A stretch of DNA of 49,393 nt from Octopus bimaculoides (Eukaryota). The position numbers were made by a program, and so were the translations under genes. The notes below the pieces were generated by a model, which did not search any database, was not told the DNA's origin, and saw only the letters and a list, made by a program, of their open reading frames with translations. Location: positions 180,337,659-180,387,051 of the forward strand of contig NC_068982.1 of the NCBI RefSeq assembly GCF_001194135.2, written 5' to 3'. Shown piece by piece: positions 35,888 through 49,393 of this stretch. The stretch's first letter is position 1; every line of letters begins with the position of its first letter.

Positions 35888-37075
35888 ATATGGAAATAGG
35901 AAGCAGAGGAAAGAAGGGCTAACTACCCATACAGTGAAGCACTTAACTTATAATGTCACATAATTACATAAATAATGTGTTTTTATCATAATTGAACACT
36001 TAGTTGCTATTTAAATTTCGCAATATTGTATTTAGTTTATGATTACAAAAAGCAATATTGCAGATTTATAAAATGAGACAAAAATAATTAACTATATAAG
36101 TATAGTTTGAGAAATCAGAAGAATTCCAACACATTCCACAAAAGCATCTTGTAAAATATTTGACGTTATAACTCAATAATTCATAGATTTTAGCTGGGCA
36201 AATACAATTCAGTAAAATTTTATTTTCATATGTACTCTTTCAGAATTTTCTATAAATATCTTTTATATGTTCTCTCTAGCTTATTTCAAGATATTAACAT
36301 TTCGAAACAAATAATTCTTATGTCTGCTCAATTAGAAATTTGACAATCATAAATAATTACATTTCAATGAAATAATCTCAAGATTATTTTTATACATTCA
36401 GTTTAACATATATAGATGTATGTTGATCTTTTCAAATTATTAAAACAAACAGTTTGCATTGATGTTTTAAGAAATATTTTATGTATTTGGTAATATGATT
36501 TTCAGAAATGTTGTATACAACCTATCTACAATATTTAGCTCTCTGTTACGTCTACAAGCAATGTGAACTCTTTTTATTGCTTGGTTAGAAAGACACAAAT
36601 AATTTATCAATATACTTGGTTCCTATGATACCATCGACATAATATGCTTGGTTAGTACAATGACATATCAATATGTTTGGTTACTGAGACACCAGTAACA
36701 TATCAATAATCAATATATGCACTAACGAATATATCCTAAGCATGAACTACGTATTTCTAGTCGAGTTTATCTAACTCAGCTATACAGAATATTAATCATT
36801 AACTAAATTTGAGATGAGATAACAATTTTCAGAACTCTATTGACAGCATACATAAAGAACTGTGACATATGTTTATGATTTACGATTCTTTTGTTTAATT
36901 TCTTCTTAGTGCTTTCCAATATATTGAACCGAGATGTTTGGGAGGTAGAAACATACTGTTGAAGGAGTTGTTTCTTTGAGGCAAGCTTTCATTGACACAC
37001 AAATGTACTACACACATGTATGTCGCGATACAGGCACATATCTCCGAAGATATATGTAATGTCTATATCACCATT

Positions 37076-37172
<97 letters not shown>

Positions 37173-37279
37173 ACATATACACACATGCGTATAAAAGCTG
37201 CATGTCTATGTGTGTGTGTGTGTTGTAGGTGTGTTGGTTGGTAAGATTCAACCTAATCAATTGGAGGAAGCGCACGTCT

Positions 37280-38030
37280 NNNNNNNNNNNNNNNNNNNNN
37301 NNNNNNNNNNNNNNNNNNNNNNNNNNNNNNNNNNNNNNNNNNNNNNNNNNNNNNNNNNNNNNNNNNNNNNNNNNNNNNNNNNNNNNNNNNNNNNNNNNNN
37401 NNNNNNNNNNNNNNNNNNNNNNNNNNNNNNNNNNNNNNNNNNNNNNNNNNNNNNNNNNNNNNNNNNNNNNNNNNNNNNNNNNNNNNNNNNNNNNNNNNNN
37501 NNNNNNNNNNNNNNNNNNNNNNNNNNNNNNNNNNNNNNNNNNNNNNNNNNNNNNNNNNNNNNNNNNNNNNNNNNNNNNNNNNNNNNNNNNNNNNNNNNNN
37601 NNNNNNNNNNNNNNNNNNNNNNNNNNNNNNNNNNNNNNNNNNNNNNNNNNNNNNNNNNNNNNNNNNNNNNNNNNNNNNNNNNNNNNNNNNNNNNNNNNNN
37701 NNNNNNNNNNNNNNNNNNNNNNNNNNNNNNNNNNNNNNNNNNNNNNNNNNNNNNNNNNNNNNNNNNNNNNNNNNNNNNNNNNNNNNNNNNNNNNNNNNNN
37801 NNNNNNNNNNNNNNNNNNNNNNNNNNNNNNNNNNNNNNNNNNNNNNNNNNNNNNNNNNNNNNNNNNNNNNNNNNNNNNNNNNNNNNNNNNNNNNNNNNNN
37901 NNNNNNNNNNNNNNNNNNNNNNNNNNNNNNNNNNNNNNNNNNNNNNNNNNNNNNNNNNNNNNNNNNNNNNNNNNNNNNNNNNNNNNNNNNNNNNNNNNNN
38001 NNNNNNNNNNNNNNNNNNNNNNNNNNNNNN
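37280..38030. other. Largest of nine assembly gaps (others: 1115-1392, 4706-5170, 10832-10864, 15338-15415, 22735-22930, 31255-31264, 46891-47170, 47809-48346)
   Basis: N runs, mostly flanked by (TA)n; all long X-containing ORFs in the track come from these. Confidence 0.99.
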
Positions 38031-38061
<31 letters not shown>

Positions 38062-38637
38062 ATATGTATGTATACACGCACAGGCGCGCACAGGCCCGCG
38101 CACACACACAGGCCCGCGCACACACACACACAAGAAGAGGGGATAGAGTAAGTTCAAAATTTCAGCAGAATGTTATGATGTCCGACAAGTTACTGCCAAG
38201 CCTGTTAATTGTTTTTATTATAAGGCGTCCACTGCCGCACTTGCCCTTACCTCTCCAACACCACCCTTCTCACTGGCACCCATCATCGAGCCTTCACCTT
38301 CACCAAATCCTTCACCTGCACCTCTATCCATATCTACTGCATCTCCTGCCCTTCTCTATACATCGGGCAAATAGGACACCGCTTGGCTGACCGGTTGAAG
38401 TTACAGTAGTTTTCGTTCGAAAACGAATTCATGAAGGCTGTATACCTTGCCTTAAAATTGACAGTACTACCTATGTAAAACCTATCCAAATTACCCTCCT
38501 CTTTAACAACACATTTATATATAACATTAGTAGTCAGACAGAATCCGTCAAGGGATATAACCTAGGGTTTCTACAATTACGGGATTTACCAGAATCACCC
38601 ATATCCCTATTGCTAATACTAACTTTACTAATCTGGC

Positions 38638-38688
<51 letters not shown>

Positions 38689-39054
38689 CTTTCATCATTC
38701 ACTTCGGCACACAATCCAAATATTGGAAGCACACTATGAATAGGTAATATTTAATATCCTGTAATCTGGAGACCTCATTTCGATCATCAATAATGAATAT
38801 ATTCACTCTATAACGGAATAACGTCGACTGCTTATAAAGCAGTAAGTGATACCACATTGCCACACCTAGAATATTTCTTCTTGTAATATAAGCACCAATA
38901 ACAAGTTAGGTATTTCGATGTACTTCTAGACACATTAGGCTATTCGAAAATTGCCAATAGACTGAAATTAAAGTTAACTCAGAAATATTACAAACGGCTG
39001 CTTTTCATTATTTATTATCGTTATGTATTACGTATGTGTGTATGTACAATTATT

Positions 39055-39108
39055 ATACTACTACTGCTGCTGCTGCTGCTACTAAAACTACTGCTTCTGC
39101 TGCTGCTG

Positions 39109-39143
<35 letters not shown>
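39055..39143. repeat. (CTA)n/(CTG)n trinucleotide repeat
   Basis: Read directly; acts as the tail of the adjacent SINE. Confidence 0.95.
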
Positions 39144-39262
39144 GGTTTCAAATTTCGGCGCAAAGACAGCAAGTCTTGGGGATGGAGGAAGTCGATTACA
39201 TCACCTCAGTGCTCAACTGATACTTATTTTATTGAACCTGAAAGGATGAATTCTTGCGATTT
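39144..39262 (-). mobile_element. SINE 3' portion
   Basis: GTCGATTACATC.CCTCAGTGCTCAACTGATACTTATTTTAT matches the 19762 copy. Confidence 0.8.
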
Positions 39263-39508
39263 CGTCTTTTATTAGTCTGTACTTTTCAATCTTTACTAGT
39301 TCTTTTTTAAATATGCGTGCATTCCCAGGTATTGCAATATCTATAATCTTAGCTCACCTTTTTCCTTTATCTACAATATCTGGTCCGAGCATCAATTACA
39401 TTGGATTATAAAATCTCATGGTATCTAATATTCCTTGTTCGCGGTGACTCCTTCTGGTTCAGGTTCGTACCATTTCCGTGCTCTGTCCAAGCCATACTTA
39501 TCAATCAC

Positions 39509-39513
39509 ATTAC

Positions 39514-39574
<61 letters not shown>

Positions 39575-39790
39575 GAGTGAGAGAGCAGCACGTCATCAAA
39601 ATGAGACTGGGGTACAAATTTACGAAGCCCAATATAGCCATCATGACTATCCGTCTGATAAAAGTATACTAGACACATTCATCCCAACCACATGTGCGGG
39701 ACATGGTGATCTCACATCAAGATAAACAGCGCATGACCTTCCAGGTGGGGTCCAGTTAGAATTTTCTTCAGGTCGAGTAGCCCATCCCAA
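39509..39790 (-). mobile_element. 3' end of a non-LTR retroelement with (AAT)n tail
   Basis: About 20 (TTA) units directly abut a GC-richer block that ends abruptly at about 39790. Confidence 0.55.
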
Positions 39791-41674
39791 AACACTGTGA
39801 TTCAGAATAGTTGAAATACGTTATTTATGAAAAAGCTTTCGTTCTAGCAGTTGATAGGATGTAAAAAACATAGTAGTTCTCTAATTAAACAAAATTATTG
39901 GGAATCTTTTAACATTCTTTTTGGAAATATTGTCCTAGATTAGAAACGTAAATTATTCCTCTTGATATAGGGTATTTATAATATAAATTACTATATCTAA
40001 CAACAATTTATCAGAGTATAACATGAGCAGCTGTCATCATATGCATATAATACATTAATCGGGTCATATATTCATATAGGAGAGCCGTTATAAAACATAT
40101 TTGAAAAAGTGTAATGAAGATAGTTTTAAAGCTATTAATTTGAACGTGTTTTAGTTCTGGCGATTGAGCTGATGCGAAAATATCCTATTGTTCTCCGAAC
40201 AGAAAAATAAATGGAAATAGATATGGGCATAAATTCTAGGAATTTCTCTTCCTTCACCAACCAAGTTTTTATCAGTGATATGTTGAGATACTTGGCTATT
40301 TTCCTTTCGACTGTTCTTGCACTTTTCCGTACAACCCTAGAGTAATAAATTTTAAATCGTTTCCGAAATCTGTCAAGTTAGCAAAACATCTAGAAAATAT
40401 TTCGTTAGTGTAATCTTCAGTTTTGTTTTTGTTCTGTTTTCTTATCACTGCTACAAAGAGACTAACAACCTGTCCTTTGATAGTAATTTTACTTAAAAGA
40501 ACGAGCTTTTGATGGAAATTTTTGATCCAACTTGAAAAAAAGACGTTCCATTCAGACATTGTAATGATACCGTTTCTTATTGCTTTGAAATTTATTGAAG
40601 AAGCAGCACTCCGTTGTTGCTCTTTATAATACTTCATGTTTCATATAATATAACTGTTAATTTGCCGACAGCAAATTCCACCATGATTAGTCAACATAAT
40701 TTTTCTTATAAGCTTGTTATTTCCTCTTTTTAACAGATTCACCGCATGTATTGCAATACTCACTTGTTTAAATTTCTTCAAAAGTGTTTGGAAATATAGT
40801 AAATTATAATTACCGCTTACAGCTCGGTTCTCGAATTAACGGAAAGAGCAATACTCTTAGCAATAGTAGATTTCCACCACCAAAAGAAAACAAAACGAGA
40901 TGAAAGGTATATATTGCTTTCCTTTTACGTATCGCATACTGCAGTAAGTCAAATACTTATGCGTAGAATTCAAGTTCTGATGTAAATCCATCAGAATCAA
41001 CGCTGTAGTGTTCGCAATCACATTGAGGTAAACGTATGTATTCAGATTATCTTGTTGTGGACATACAGACACACACAACATATATGTAGTTATATAAAAC
41101 CCCATATTCAGGAGGTATGAGAGTTGAATATATTTTAATTAACCAATTACGGTTGATTTAACCATTACAGCTGGACTTCAACTGCATAGAAATTGCATTA
41201 TACTCCTCCGTATTGGATTACTATGTAGTGTGCTAGTTAGCTTTGCTAGATGTGCCTATATAATGTAACATAAGTGTAGTATAAGGATCCTTATATTACA
41301 CTACAAATTTATGTACACACACACACACACCCACACATATATATATTGTAAATCCCCAAAAAGAAGACATGAAAAACACCGCGAGGACGTGGTACTTGTA
41401 ATGTATTAGCAGACGCGCAGGAAAGGAAAGGAAGATGGTCTCTATAGGTGTTGTTGGTGGCGACAAAAAAAGGAAAAGAGACAGAGAAAGTGGAAGGAGA
41501 GTGAAAGTAGAACAGAAGAAAGGTTGAGGGAAGACAAGTTAGTGGAAGAGTCACGGACAAATTATAATGCTTCACAAGCAAGGTGCAGAAATGGCGTATT
41601 CCGAATGAATAAGGTAAAGTAATCCGAAGGTAGAAGAATTAGGTACTCCAAATTCAGTCAGAAGGCCGATGTAT

Positions 41675-41736
<62 letters not shown>

Positions 41737-42729
41737 ATATATGCATATATAACTTCATTCATAACCTGTTTTAGCCATGGACCACGTTAGAAATGTAGTC
41801 GATGACAATAGTGATTAATTTCCCATTCACCAATCCTATAGCACCAGGAGCTTTGAGCTTGCCAGATCACCAGCAGTGCGAATAACACATACAGCTTACA
41901 CAATAGCCATGTAATGTTAACAGTAAAATATCTTTTACATCATTAGAAGTTGTATTATTATCCATGTCGGCACAAATGAAAAGCAAGTGCAACTCTAATG
42001 ATGAAAAGGTTCTTAAGAAAGTTCATCTCTGCTATTTCTAATGTAAAGACTGGAATTTACAACAAAGTAGATTGCACACCAGGGAATGAATGGTCTTAGG
42101 GTCACCATTTTTCATTTTAGATGGCTAAAGTACAAGAAAAATCACTTGTTGAATTTGGCACGAAATCTACTTCAGGAACATTTGTTGTTATTTTTGCTGT
42201 TGCATATTGTTGTTCTTGCTACTGCTGTTGTTACTGATTGTTGCAAAAATGTTGTACGTGATTTATATGGGATATTTAAATGTAACATACTTAAAACAGT
42301 ACAGAGGTTACTTAAATAAAAACGATGCAAATCATAGTATGATGCACTCGATTGTTTATTTTTGTTTGGTTCAGAGTGTTACACAGATATAAGTGTCTGA
42401 TATATTTACTAGTACATATTTCAAAGAGACTATTGATGCCTTGAATTCCACACTAAAAGAAAATAAGCCAACAAAAATAAGTATCCCATGAATTTTCAAG
42501 GAATATAAATTTTTGTTCCACCTTATTCAGCCCTGATTGAAGTGTCCGATAATAAAATGTCTAACAGCTATACTCGTTTCGTTTTTTTTTTTCTTTCAGA
42601 CATAGTGTATTAGGACTATATTATCCGAAGTACACAGTTTTTTAATACTGTAAATTGCTATTTAGGACAGCTATAACTTATTTCTTGTTCGCCCAATTAT
42701 GACACAAATGCAGAAGCTCCTTTGCTGAC

Positions 42730-42800
42730 GAGTTCCAACGCCATGAAGGAGAACAGAGTCCATGATTCTTTGGGGTGCCTTCTCATTAGAAAGAAATCAG
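42730..42800 (+). mobile_element. Tc1/Tc3-like transposase scrap
   Basis: RHEGEQS(fs)MILWGAFS resembles RHSGGGSVMVWGAFS. Confidence 0.4.
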
Positions 42801-44639
42801 AGCGTAAGCCTGTGAATAGGAAACAATAAAATTACATAACGTTTTCTTCAATGAAAGATCTTTCTCGAAACACCAAACTCATCCACATGCAAGATATACA
42901 AACATATTTTATTTTGTAAATTTTATACACTTTATTGTAGGCTGGTTGTAAGAACAAAGCCTACGTTTGGATACCGCATCTTTTGATGTTCATTTAACCC
43001 CGTACTCTTTTTCAATATTTTATTCTTTTCATATTAACCGGATGTTTTGCGCACGTCACATCTGGTCTCACATAAAGTGGAAGTAATGACAGATTGTTGA
43101 TCTAGACATGTGAACGTAGTTTCCGCTGTTTTTGCAGTATTAGATGCAAATTCTGTCATAAGTAGGAAATTGAAATGGTTGTAATTAATATTATAGAAGC
43201 CTTTCATATTTGTCTCAGCAATTGATATATATATTTTTAAGATTTACACTGATAGCTAAGAAAACGTCTTGGACATGTTGAAATGTCGGTGTAAATATCT
43301 AACACGTGGTTGTTAGTGTGATAGCTCTGCGTTTTGCGTCCAGTTTCATCTTTCATTTACTCCAGCTGGAGGTCGATGAATCAAATAGCAGAGGACATCC
43401 TTTATGTTTGGTGCTTAGGAAGAGGATAATAATATCGGTTAAAAGTGTTAAATGTTTGAAAGCTAACAGTGTCCTGCTGAATGAGGATGGACTATGACAG
43501 GAAGTAACCTTTCTTTATACAGTTTAAATATTATACCAGCCTACAGAGGTCACCACGCTATCAACATCACACTGAGAGAAAGAGAGAGAGAAAAAGAATG
43601 AGAGAGAGGAGGAAAATAGACGGAGAAAGAAAACACCTACGCTGTCGATCAGGTTCATATTTAGTTAACATTTTATTCTATAAGAAACAAATGACTGAAT
43701 ACAAACTCTCTTTATTTGTCTGTGACTTTCTTTCTCTAACTCTTTCTGTTTCTCTGACTCTTTCACTCTGTTTGTCTCTCTTTCTGTACCTCGGTCTCTC
43801 TATATATTTATCTATCTCACTACAACCCCTTCTATTTCCTCTAAAAGTCCTGAACTTTTTCTTTCATACTTCCCTTCTTATCATCATCTTTCTTTCCATT
43901 CCTATCTTCAGTTTCTCTTTCTTTCATTTTGCTCTCACTTTTTCTCTCTATCTCTCTCTTTCTCTCTGTCTCTGTCTCTGTCTCTCTTCCTCTCTCTATC
44001 TCTATGTTTCTCTGTCTGTCTGTCTATTTCTCTTTCGTTCTCTCTCGTTCTCCTTTTTTCTCCGGTGCTAAACAGCGTGGTACAATAGTTTATGAAGTTA
44101 AATTAATAACACATGCTAAACTAACAGATCAAAACAGATGCATGAGAAATTAATGTTTTACACAGGCTCTATGCATAACGCAGGCCGATGAGTATTCTAT
44201 TAAATCCCTTTTAATATTGTCTGATTGTTTGGATGACAGTGAAACCTATTGGTTCGATTTTTATCTAAGCTTACCCAGAAGTTCCCGTTGGCCTAAATTT
44301 ACAGCGAAGTTAATTACAGATAAATATGAGCTTCTAAGCATAACATACGCTCAACAAGTTTCTAGTTAAATATTATTGGGCTATCAAGCTTTTTGCTCTA
44401 AGAAAATGAGTTGAACCTGGTGCAAGTAGATTATATATGTAGCCTTTCACAAGTGGAACCCAGTGAACTGTAGAAACAGCAAAATCTCTTAGCTCGATTC
44501 TCATTGCAAGCTTTGCGAAAAGCCATCGTAGATCTAATTTACCAGTGACAGTAAATACATATCAATATGAGTCAATATATTTTTATATTCATACAATACT
44601 TGTCTTTATACTCCACTAATCCGTTTTAATCTCGCTAAG

Positions 44640-44875
44640 ATACAAGTATCAAATATATATACCTTCTGTTTCAGTACAATTGAAACTCATAGATAAAAGA
44701 TAGCTTCATGAAAATACTAACACATTTGCATGACAAGTAAAACCTCTGATTCAGTAACACCGAAAACCGTATATAACATGATTTCATGGAAATTTTGACA
44801 TATTTATGTGACAAGTAAATAATACATTTGTTTCAGAAACACTGGAGGATTTCAGGAAAATATTGACAAATACAG
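44640..44875. repeat. Degenerate ~75-bp tandem repeat
   Basis: TTCATG(A/G)AAAT..TGAC..ATTT..TGACAAGTAAA..TTCAG(T/A)AACAC recurs about three times. Confidence 0.6.
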
Positions 44876-45379
44876 TTTAGTTCGTCTAAAAACAGTGTGT
44901 TGTAAGGAATTTCAAAGCAAGACATTGATTTTATCTCGGGGTCAAACAGTAGAATGAGAATAAACATGCAATTTGTACAGGTTTATATATAACAGGACCT
45001 CTCTTTTTTCTTCTTCCTCTCTCTCTCTCTCACACACCTCACACACGCTTATGCTCACACAGACAGAAAATCACATATACATGTACATAGATGTACATGT
45101 ATGAATAAGTATCCCCATCGCAATGATAGAGGGGAAGCGGAGGTTTTGGGAACAATCATCACTATTCGCCAACTGCGGTTTTATGCTTAAGTCCTAAACT
45201 CACCATCATTCTCTTTATCGTTCACATACCCATTTTCAGTTGACTATGAACATGAATATATGTTCACAGAATCCTGATAATGTGACCAAAATATTGCGTA
45301 ACCCATTGGCATCATACGCTAACCTGCTCTGTTTCCTTGGTGTCTGGTATGATTTTGTCCTTGTTGGTACTGATCTTTA

Positions 45380-46330
45380 GTTGAAAATCACTAGAGAGGC
45401 GACTTACATTCTCATTCAATCTCTAGAGCTTAGCTGGCGAGATAATAATCAACATAACGTGGTTCATTTAGCTTCCTGATGCTGGCACATTCACCGACTC
45501 TGCCAAGATTGTCTACTGACCTCTGTATCACTTGCTCGGTGTAGAGGTTGAAGTAGATGAGTGAAATGAGATACTCTTACCAAACTCCTTTCTTGATGCT
45601 AAATCGGTAAGCTCGCATTTCATCCAAGTATCTGCCTCCTGATCAGTGTACAGTCACCGCAGTAAGTTGAATGATGAACCCTAGTCCTCCATAATCTGCA
45701 ATACCTTTCACATAATGAAATATAGTTTTGAAATCAATGAATGACATGTTTAGTGGAACATCATATTTTCTGACTTTCTCCATAACGATCCTGATATCAA
45801 AAATATGGTTTCATGAGCCTAGTCTCTCAGACACACCTTCCTTACTTTCGTAAAATACTCTTTTGTGATACCTTCCTTGGACTACAGCAAAATTCTCAGC
45901 AGGAACTTGCTGGCATGATTAATGAGGTCTATATCACAATGTCCGTAAATTAACAATGCTTACAAAGCAAACACACATTTCAATGAAATTTGATCGTATC
46001 CAGTCGGCAGGAAACTCGCTCGTTACAAATATTGTTAGAGAGCTTGGTGAGAACGTTCGTCCTCATGTCGTTATTTGCTTTCAGTAACGCCACAGGAAAC
46101 TCATGGATACTTATTGCTTTGTTGATAGGTAGGTGCCGAATTATTTTTTCCACTTCAGCTTCCAGAATTTCTAACATGACCTGTTATGTGTTACTGTCAC
46201 CGTTACTGTCAGCATTTCAGCCATCAACATCTTAGATATATCATTGATGCATCTTCCTCTTCATACTCCTTCAACCTCCTTATGCTGTTATTCATGTCCG
46301 TCAGGGCTCTCGACCCTGTCTTCTTCATCC
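45380..46330 (-). mobile_element. RTE-like LINE RT fragment
   Basis: EILEAEVEKIIRHLPINKAIS..EFPVALLKA; LINHASKFLLRIL; SFIDFK; FNLYTE. Confidence 0.75.
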
Positions 46331-46377
46331 TACATGTTGCATTGTTTTGGATGGAATAGGTTATGAGTACAAGAAAC

Positions 46378-46414
46378 TAAAGCATACCTAAGTATATATC
46401 TTAGGTATGCTTTA
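46378..46414. repeat. Perfect 15-bp inverted repeat with a 7-nt loop
   Basis: TAAAGCATACCTAAG tatatat CTTAGGTATGCTTTA. Confidence 0.95.
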
Positions 46415-47774
46415 CTTGCCTTCTATTTACGCAGGAAACGCCACTGAATTTATATTTAGAAATATAAATAAACATGTAAAATCAATATGCACACTGTAAC
46501 ACAGACACATATGTATACTTGTATATGTTCTTTTTTAAAAATTGTTTTCAAAGTTTCTTCATATAAAATAGTGTGATGAAGCATTAATTTACTTTGAGAG
46601 AGTTATGTTGGCAATAAAACATTCTAGTTGTGTTTAATTTCACTTTTATTATCAATTTCAATTAACGAGATGATTAGTTAAATAGAAAATTAAATCGATT
46701 ACTTTGTCAAAGTTCTTTCGCCAGAGCCAGGGACCTTGTCAGTCTGAAGAAAAGAATAACAATTTGACTTTTTAGAGGATTGAGTCACCTCCAAACTATA
46801 ATGAAACTCAATCAAATCAACTATAAAAGAAGTTCCACCTTACAAAAGGCCACATTGAAAAAAATTAAAGAACATAATAATAATAATAATNNNNNNNNNN
46901 NNNNNNNNNNNNNNNNNNNNNNNNNNNNNNNNNNNNNNNNNNNNNNNNNNNNNNNNNNNNNNNNNNNNNNNNNNNNNNNNNNNNNNNNNNNNNNNNNNNN
47001 NNNNNNNNNNNNNNNNNNNNNNNNNNNNNNNNNNNNNNNNNNNNNNNNNNNNNNNNNNNNNNNNNNNNNNNNNNNNNNNNNNNNNNNNNNNNNNNNNNNN
47101 NNNNNNNNNNNNNNNNNNNNNNNNNNNNNNNNNNNNNNNNNNNNNNNNNNNNNNNNNNNNNNNNNNNNNNATATATATATATATATATATATATAGCAAA
47201 ATAATAAAGATTAAACAGTATGAAAGGCGATCTATCGTACTACACGAAATAAAAAAAAAGTACATATATCGCTAAAGAGAACAAGACTAAAGTTCAAAGT
47301 TCACATTTCAAAACTAATAACACCCTCTCAGACATTCAATATCGTATAAAAGCACCCACAACACATCTATTATCCGAATATGAAATTATAGATACATAAA
47401 TACATGAACATACAATGTAAATATAAATAACAACACGAGCAAAATTAACGATTAAACAGAGAGCAAACAGCAAACAACAAGCAGTGTGTACTAGCAAATA
47501 TATAATACATGGTGAGCACTTTGCCATCGATTAGGTCACATTTTGGGACGAAAGAAATTTGACAAACCAGTTGATCAATGAATTAATGAAGAAATTAATT
47601 AAATAATTATCTAATTATCTAACAAATTAACTACGCAACTGCAGTGAAATACAACCTGCTATTGTTTTAATTGGTTTCGTGACCCGCCTTAAGCAAAACA
47701 ATATTCATTCATACAGGCATACACACACACGCACACACACACTTACACATACACACGTAATTGTATACATCATA

Positions 47775-47808
<34 letters not shown>

Positions 47809-48346
47809 NNNNNNNNNNNNNNNNNNNNNNNNNNNNNNNNNNNNNNNNNNNNNNNNNNNNNNNNNNNNNNNNNNNNNNNNNNNNNNNNNNNNNNNNNNNN
47901 NNNNNNNNNNNNNNNNNNNNNNNNNNNNNNNNNNNNNNNNNNNNNNNNNNNNNNNNNNNNNNNNNNNNNNNNNNNNNNNNNNNNNNNNNNNNNNNNNNNN
48001 NNNNNNNNNNNNNNNNNNNNNNNNNNNNNNNNNNNNNNNNNNNNNNNNNNNNNNNNNNNNNNNNNNNNNNNNNNNNNNNNNNNNNNNNNNNNNNNNNNNN
48101 NNNNNNNNNNNNNNNNNNNNNNNNNNNNNNNNNNNNNNNNNNNNNNNNNNNNNNNNNNNNNNNNNNNNNNNNNNNNNNNNNNNNNNNNNNNNNNNNNNNN
48201 NNNNNNNNNNNNNNNNNNNNNNNNNNNNNNNNNNNNNNNNNNNNNNNNNNNNNNNNNNNNNNNNNNNNNNNNNNNNNNNNNNNNNNNNNNNNNNNNNNNN
48301 NNNNNNNNNNNNNNNNNNNNNNNNNNNNNNNNNNNNNNNNNNNNNN

Positions 48347-48400
<54 letters not shown>

Positions 48401-48959
48401 ATGTGAGTGTGTGTGTGTTTGGATGATTGGATGAGACACTTGATAACTCAGACTGAGGCAGAACATTTAAAATTATTCACCAGCTGTTTACGCAGTACAT
48501 CAATATTTGAACCTATAGAACTAGATAGCCGTATATCTTCATCGCTTAACTCTCATATAGTATAAAACCTAAACTGAAGAATAACGGTAGCTATATAATT
48601 TAACACGGAGACAAAACAGAGTAAGAACTGTCTGGGAAATAGCAATGCTGCCTACTAGGGAGATCGTGACTAATTGACTAAATGTCTTTGTTATATATCA
48701 CAACGCAAAACGTACAGCATTATTGGCTCGTCAGGTCCAGTGCACAAGATAAATAATGATTTATTTTCTTCTTGCATCAATCTATCTGATACGTTGGCTG
48801 TTATGAACTTACAGCACTCTAGATCTTGTGAGTTCATACGAGATTTATAAGCACTGTCGTTTTTACAATGGATTTTATAATAGTACTAAGTAATGAACTC
48901 ACTATTCACAAAGAACTCTAATAAGGTGGAAATTTTTAACTGAGAAAGATTCGGCAAGA

Positions 48960-49095
48960 TATCTCCTAATACGATCAAGCATCTTTGCCGCTCTGGGCTA
49001 GTTTAATTTACTTATCGATCCTGAAAAGATGAAAGCGGTTATTAGAATCTGGATGCAAAGTGCCGGAAAAAACAGCGTAACATATTCTTCATAGC
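48960..49095 (-). mobile_element. SINE fragment
   Basis: TTTACTTATCGATCCTGAAAAGATGAAAG...AAAAAACAGCGTAA matches the 29556 family in reverse. Confidence 0.6.
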
Positions 49096-49139
49096 GCTCT
49101 AACTCTCTTAAAGTAAAAAATTCTGAACGAAATGACTTT

Positions 49140-49300
49140 TACATTTCATCTTTTACTTGTTTCAATCATTGGACTGCAGCCATGATGTTGCATCGGAGGA
49201 TTTAGTCGAATAAGTTGACATCTATCGTTTTCTATTACGGAACTGCTAAGTTATGGGGACATGAACAAACCAACACCGGTTCAAACATAGATTCAGACAC
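49140..49300 (-). mobile_element. SINE 3' portion (34134 family)
   Basis: TTTTACTTGTTTCA.TCATT.GACTGC.GCCATG...TCTATT..GGAACTGCTAAGTTA.GGGGAC. Confidence 0.7.
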
Positions 49301-49393
49301 ACACATGAATACATACAGACATAAATACATAATACATATACACATACACAGACACATGTATATATGTATATATATATATGTATATATATATAT

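Noticed and set aside
38220-38390. Pro/His/Leu-rich ORF
   Set aside because: Low-complexity C/T/A-rich sequence with no splice or homology support.
42724-42765. CTGACGAG followed by a GTTC/GAAC stem
   Set aside because: No GAAA or stem I; the region is better explained as a Tc1 scrap.
47661-47702. 8-bp inverted repeat enclosing CTTAAGG...GAAA CCAA TT
   Set aside because: Too many core changes and no stem II.
1081-48466. Long ORFs containing X, or YI/HT/CV/LS/ER/poly-L/poly-R/poly-T runs
   Set aside because: Translations of N gaps and microsatellites.
1-49393. CRISPR arrays, operons, rRNA or true tRNA genes
   Set aside because: No repeat-spacer pattern; tRNA-like A/B boxes occur only as SINE heads; the sequence is eukaryotic.

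Overview
AT-rich, microsatellite-dense animal genomic DNA with nine N gaps, mostly flanked by (TA)n. The tRNA-derived SINE families and repeat content resemble an octopus genome (inference, not checked). No intact protein-coding gene or autonomous element is visible. The window holds decayed mobile elements: a Chapaev-type DNA transposon, a full-length dead mariner and a mariner MITE, hAT and Tc1 scraps, Helitron-like non-autonomous elements, R4/Dong-, CR1- and RTE-like LINE fragments, a Penelope-like element that lost its RT core but kept GIY-YIG, and about a dozen SINE copies. The main hidden signal is a set of type I hammerhead ribozyme folds with palindromic stem III. One has an intact catalytic core (124-212, minus). 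Several are decayed, and they fall into at least 3-5 sequence families, two of which occur as two-copy elements with no RT or endonuclease. A few splice-flanked open segments could be exons of an unrecognised host gene, but this is weak. All folds and translations were done by hand.
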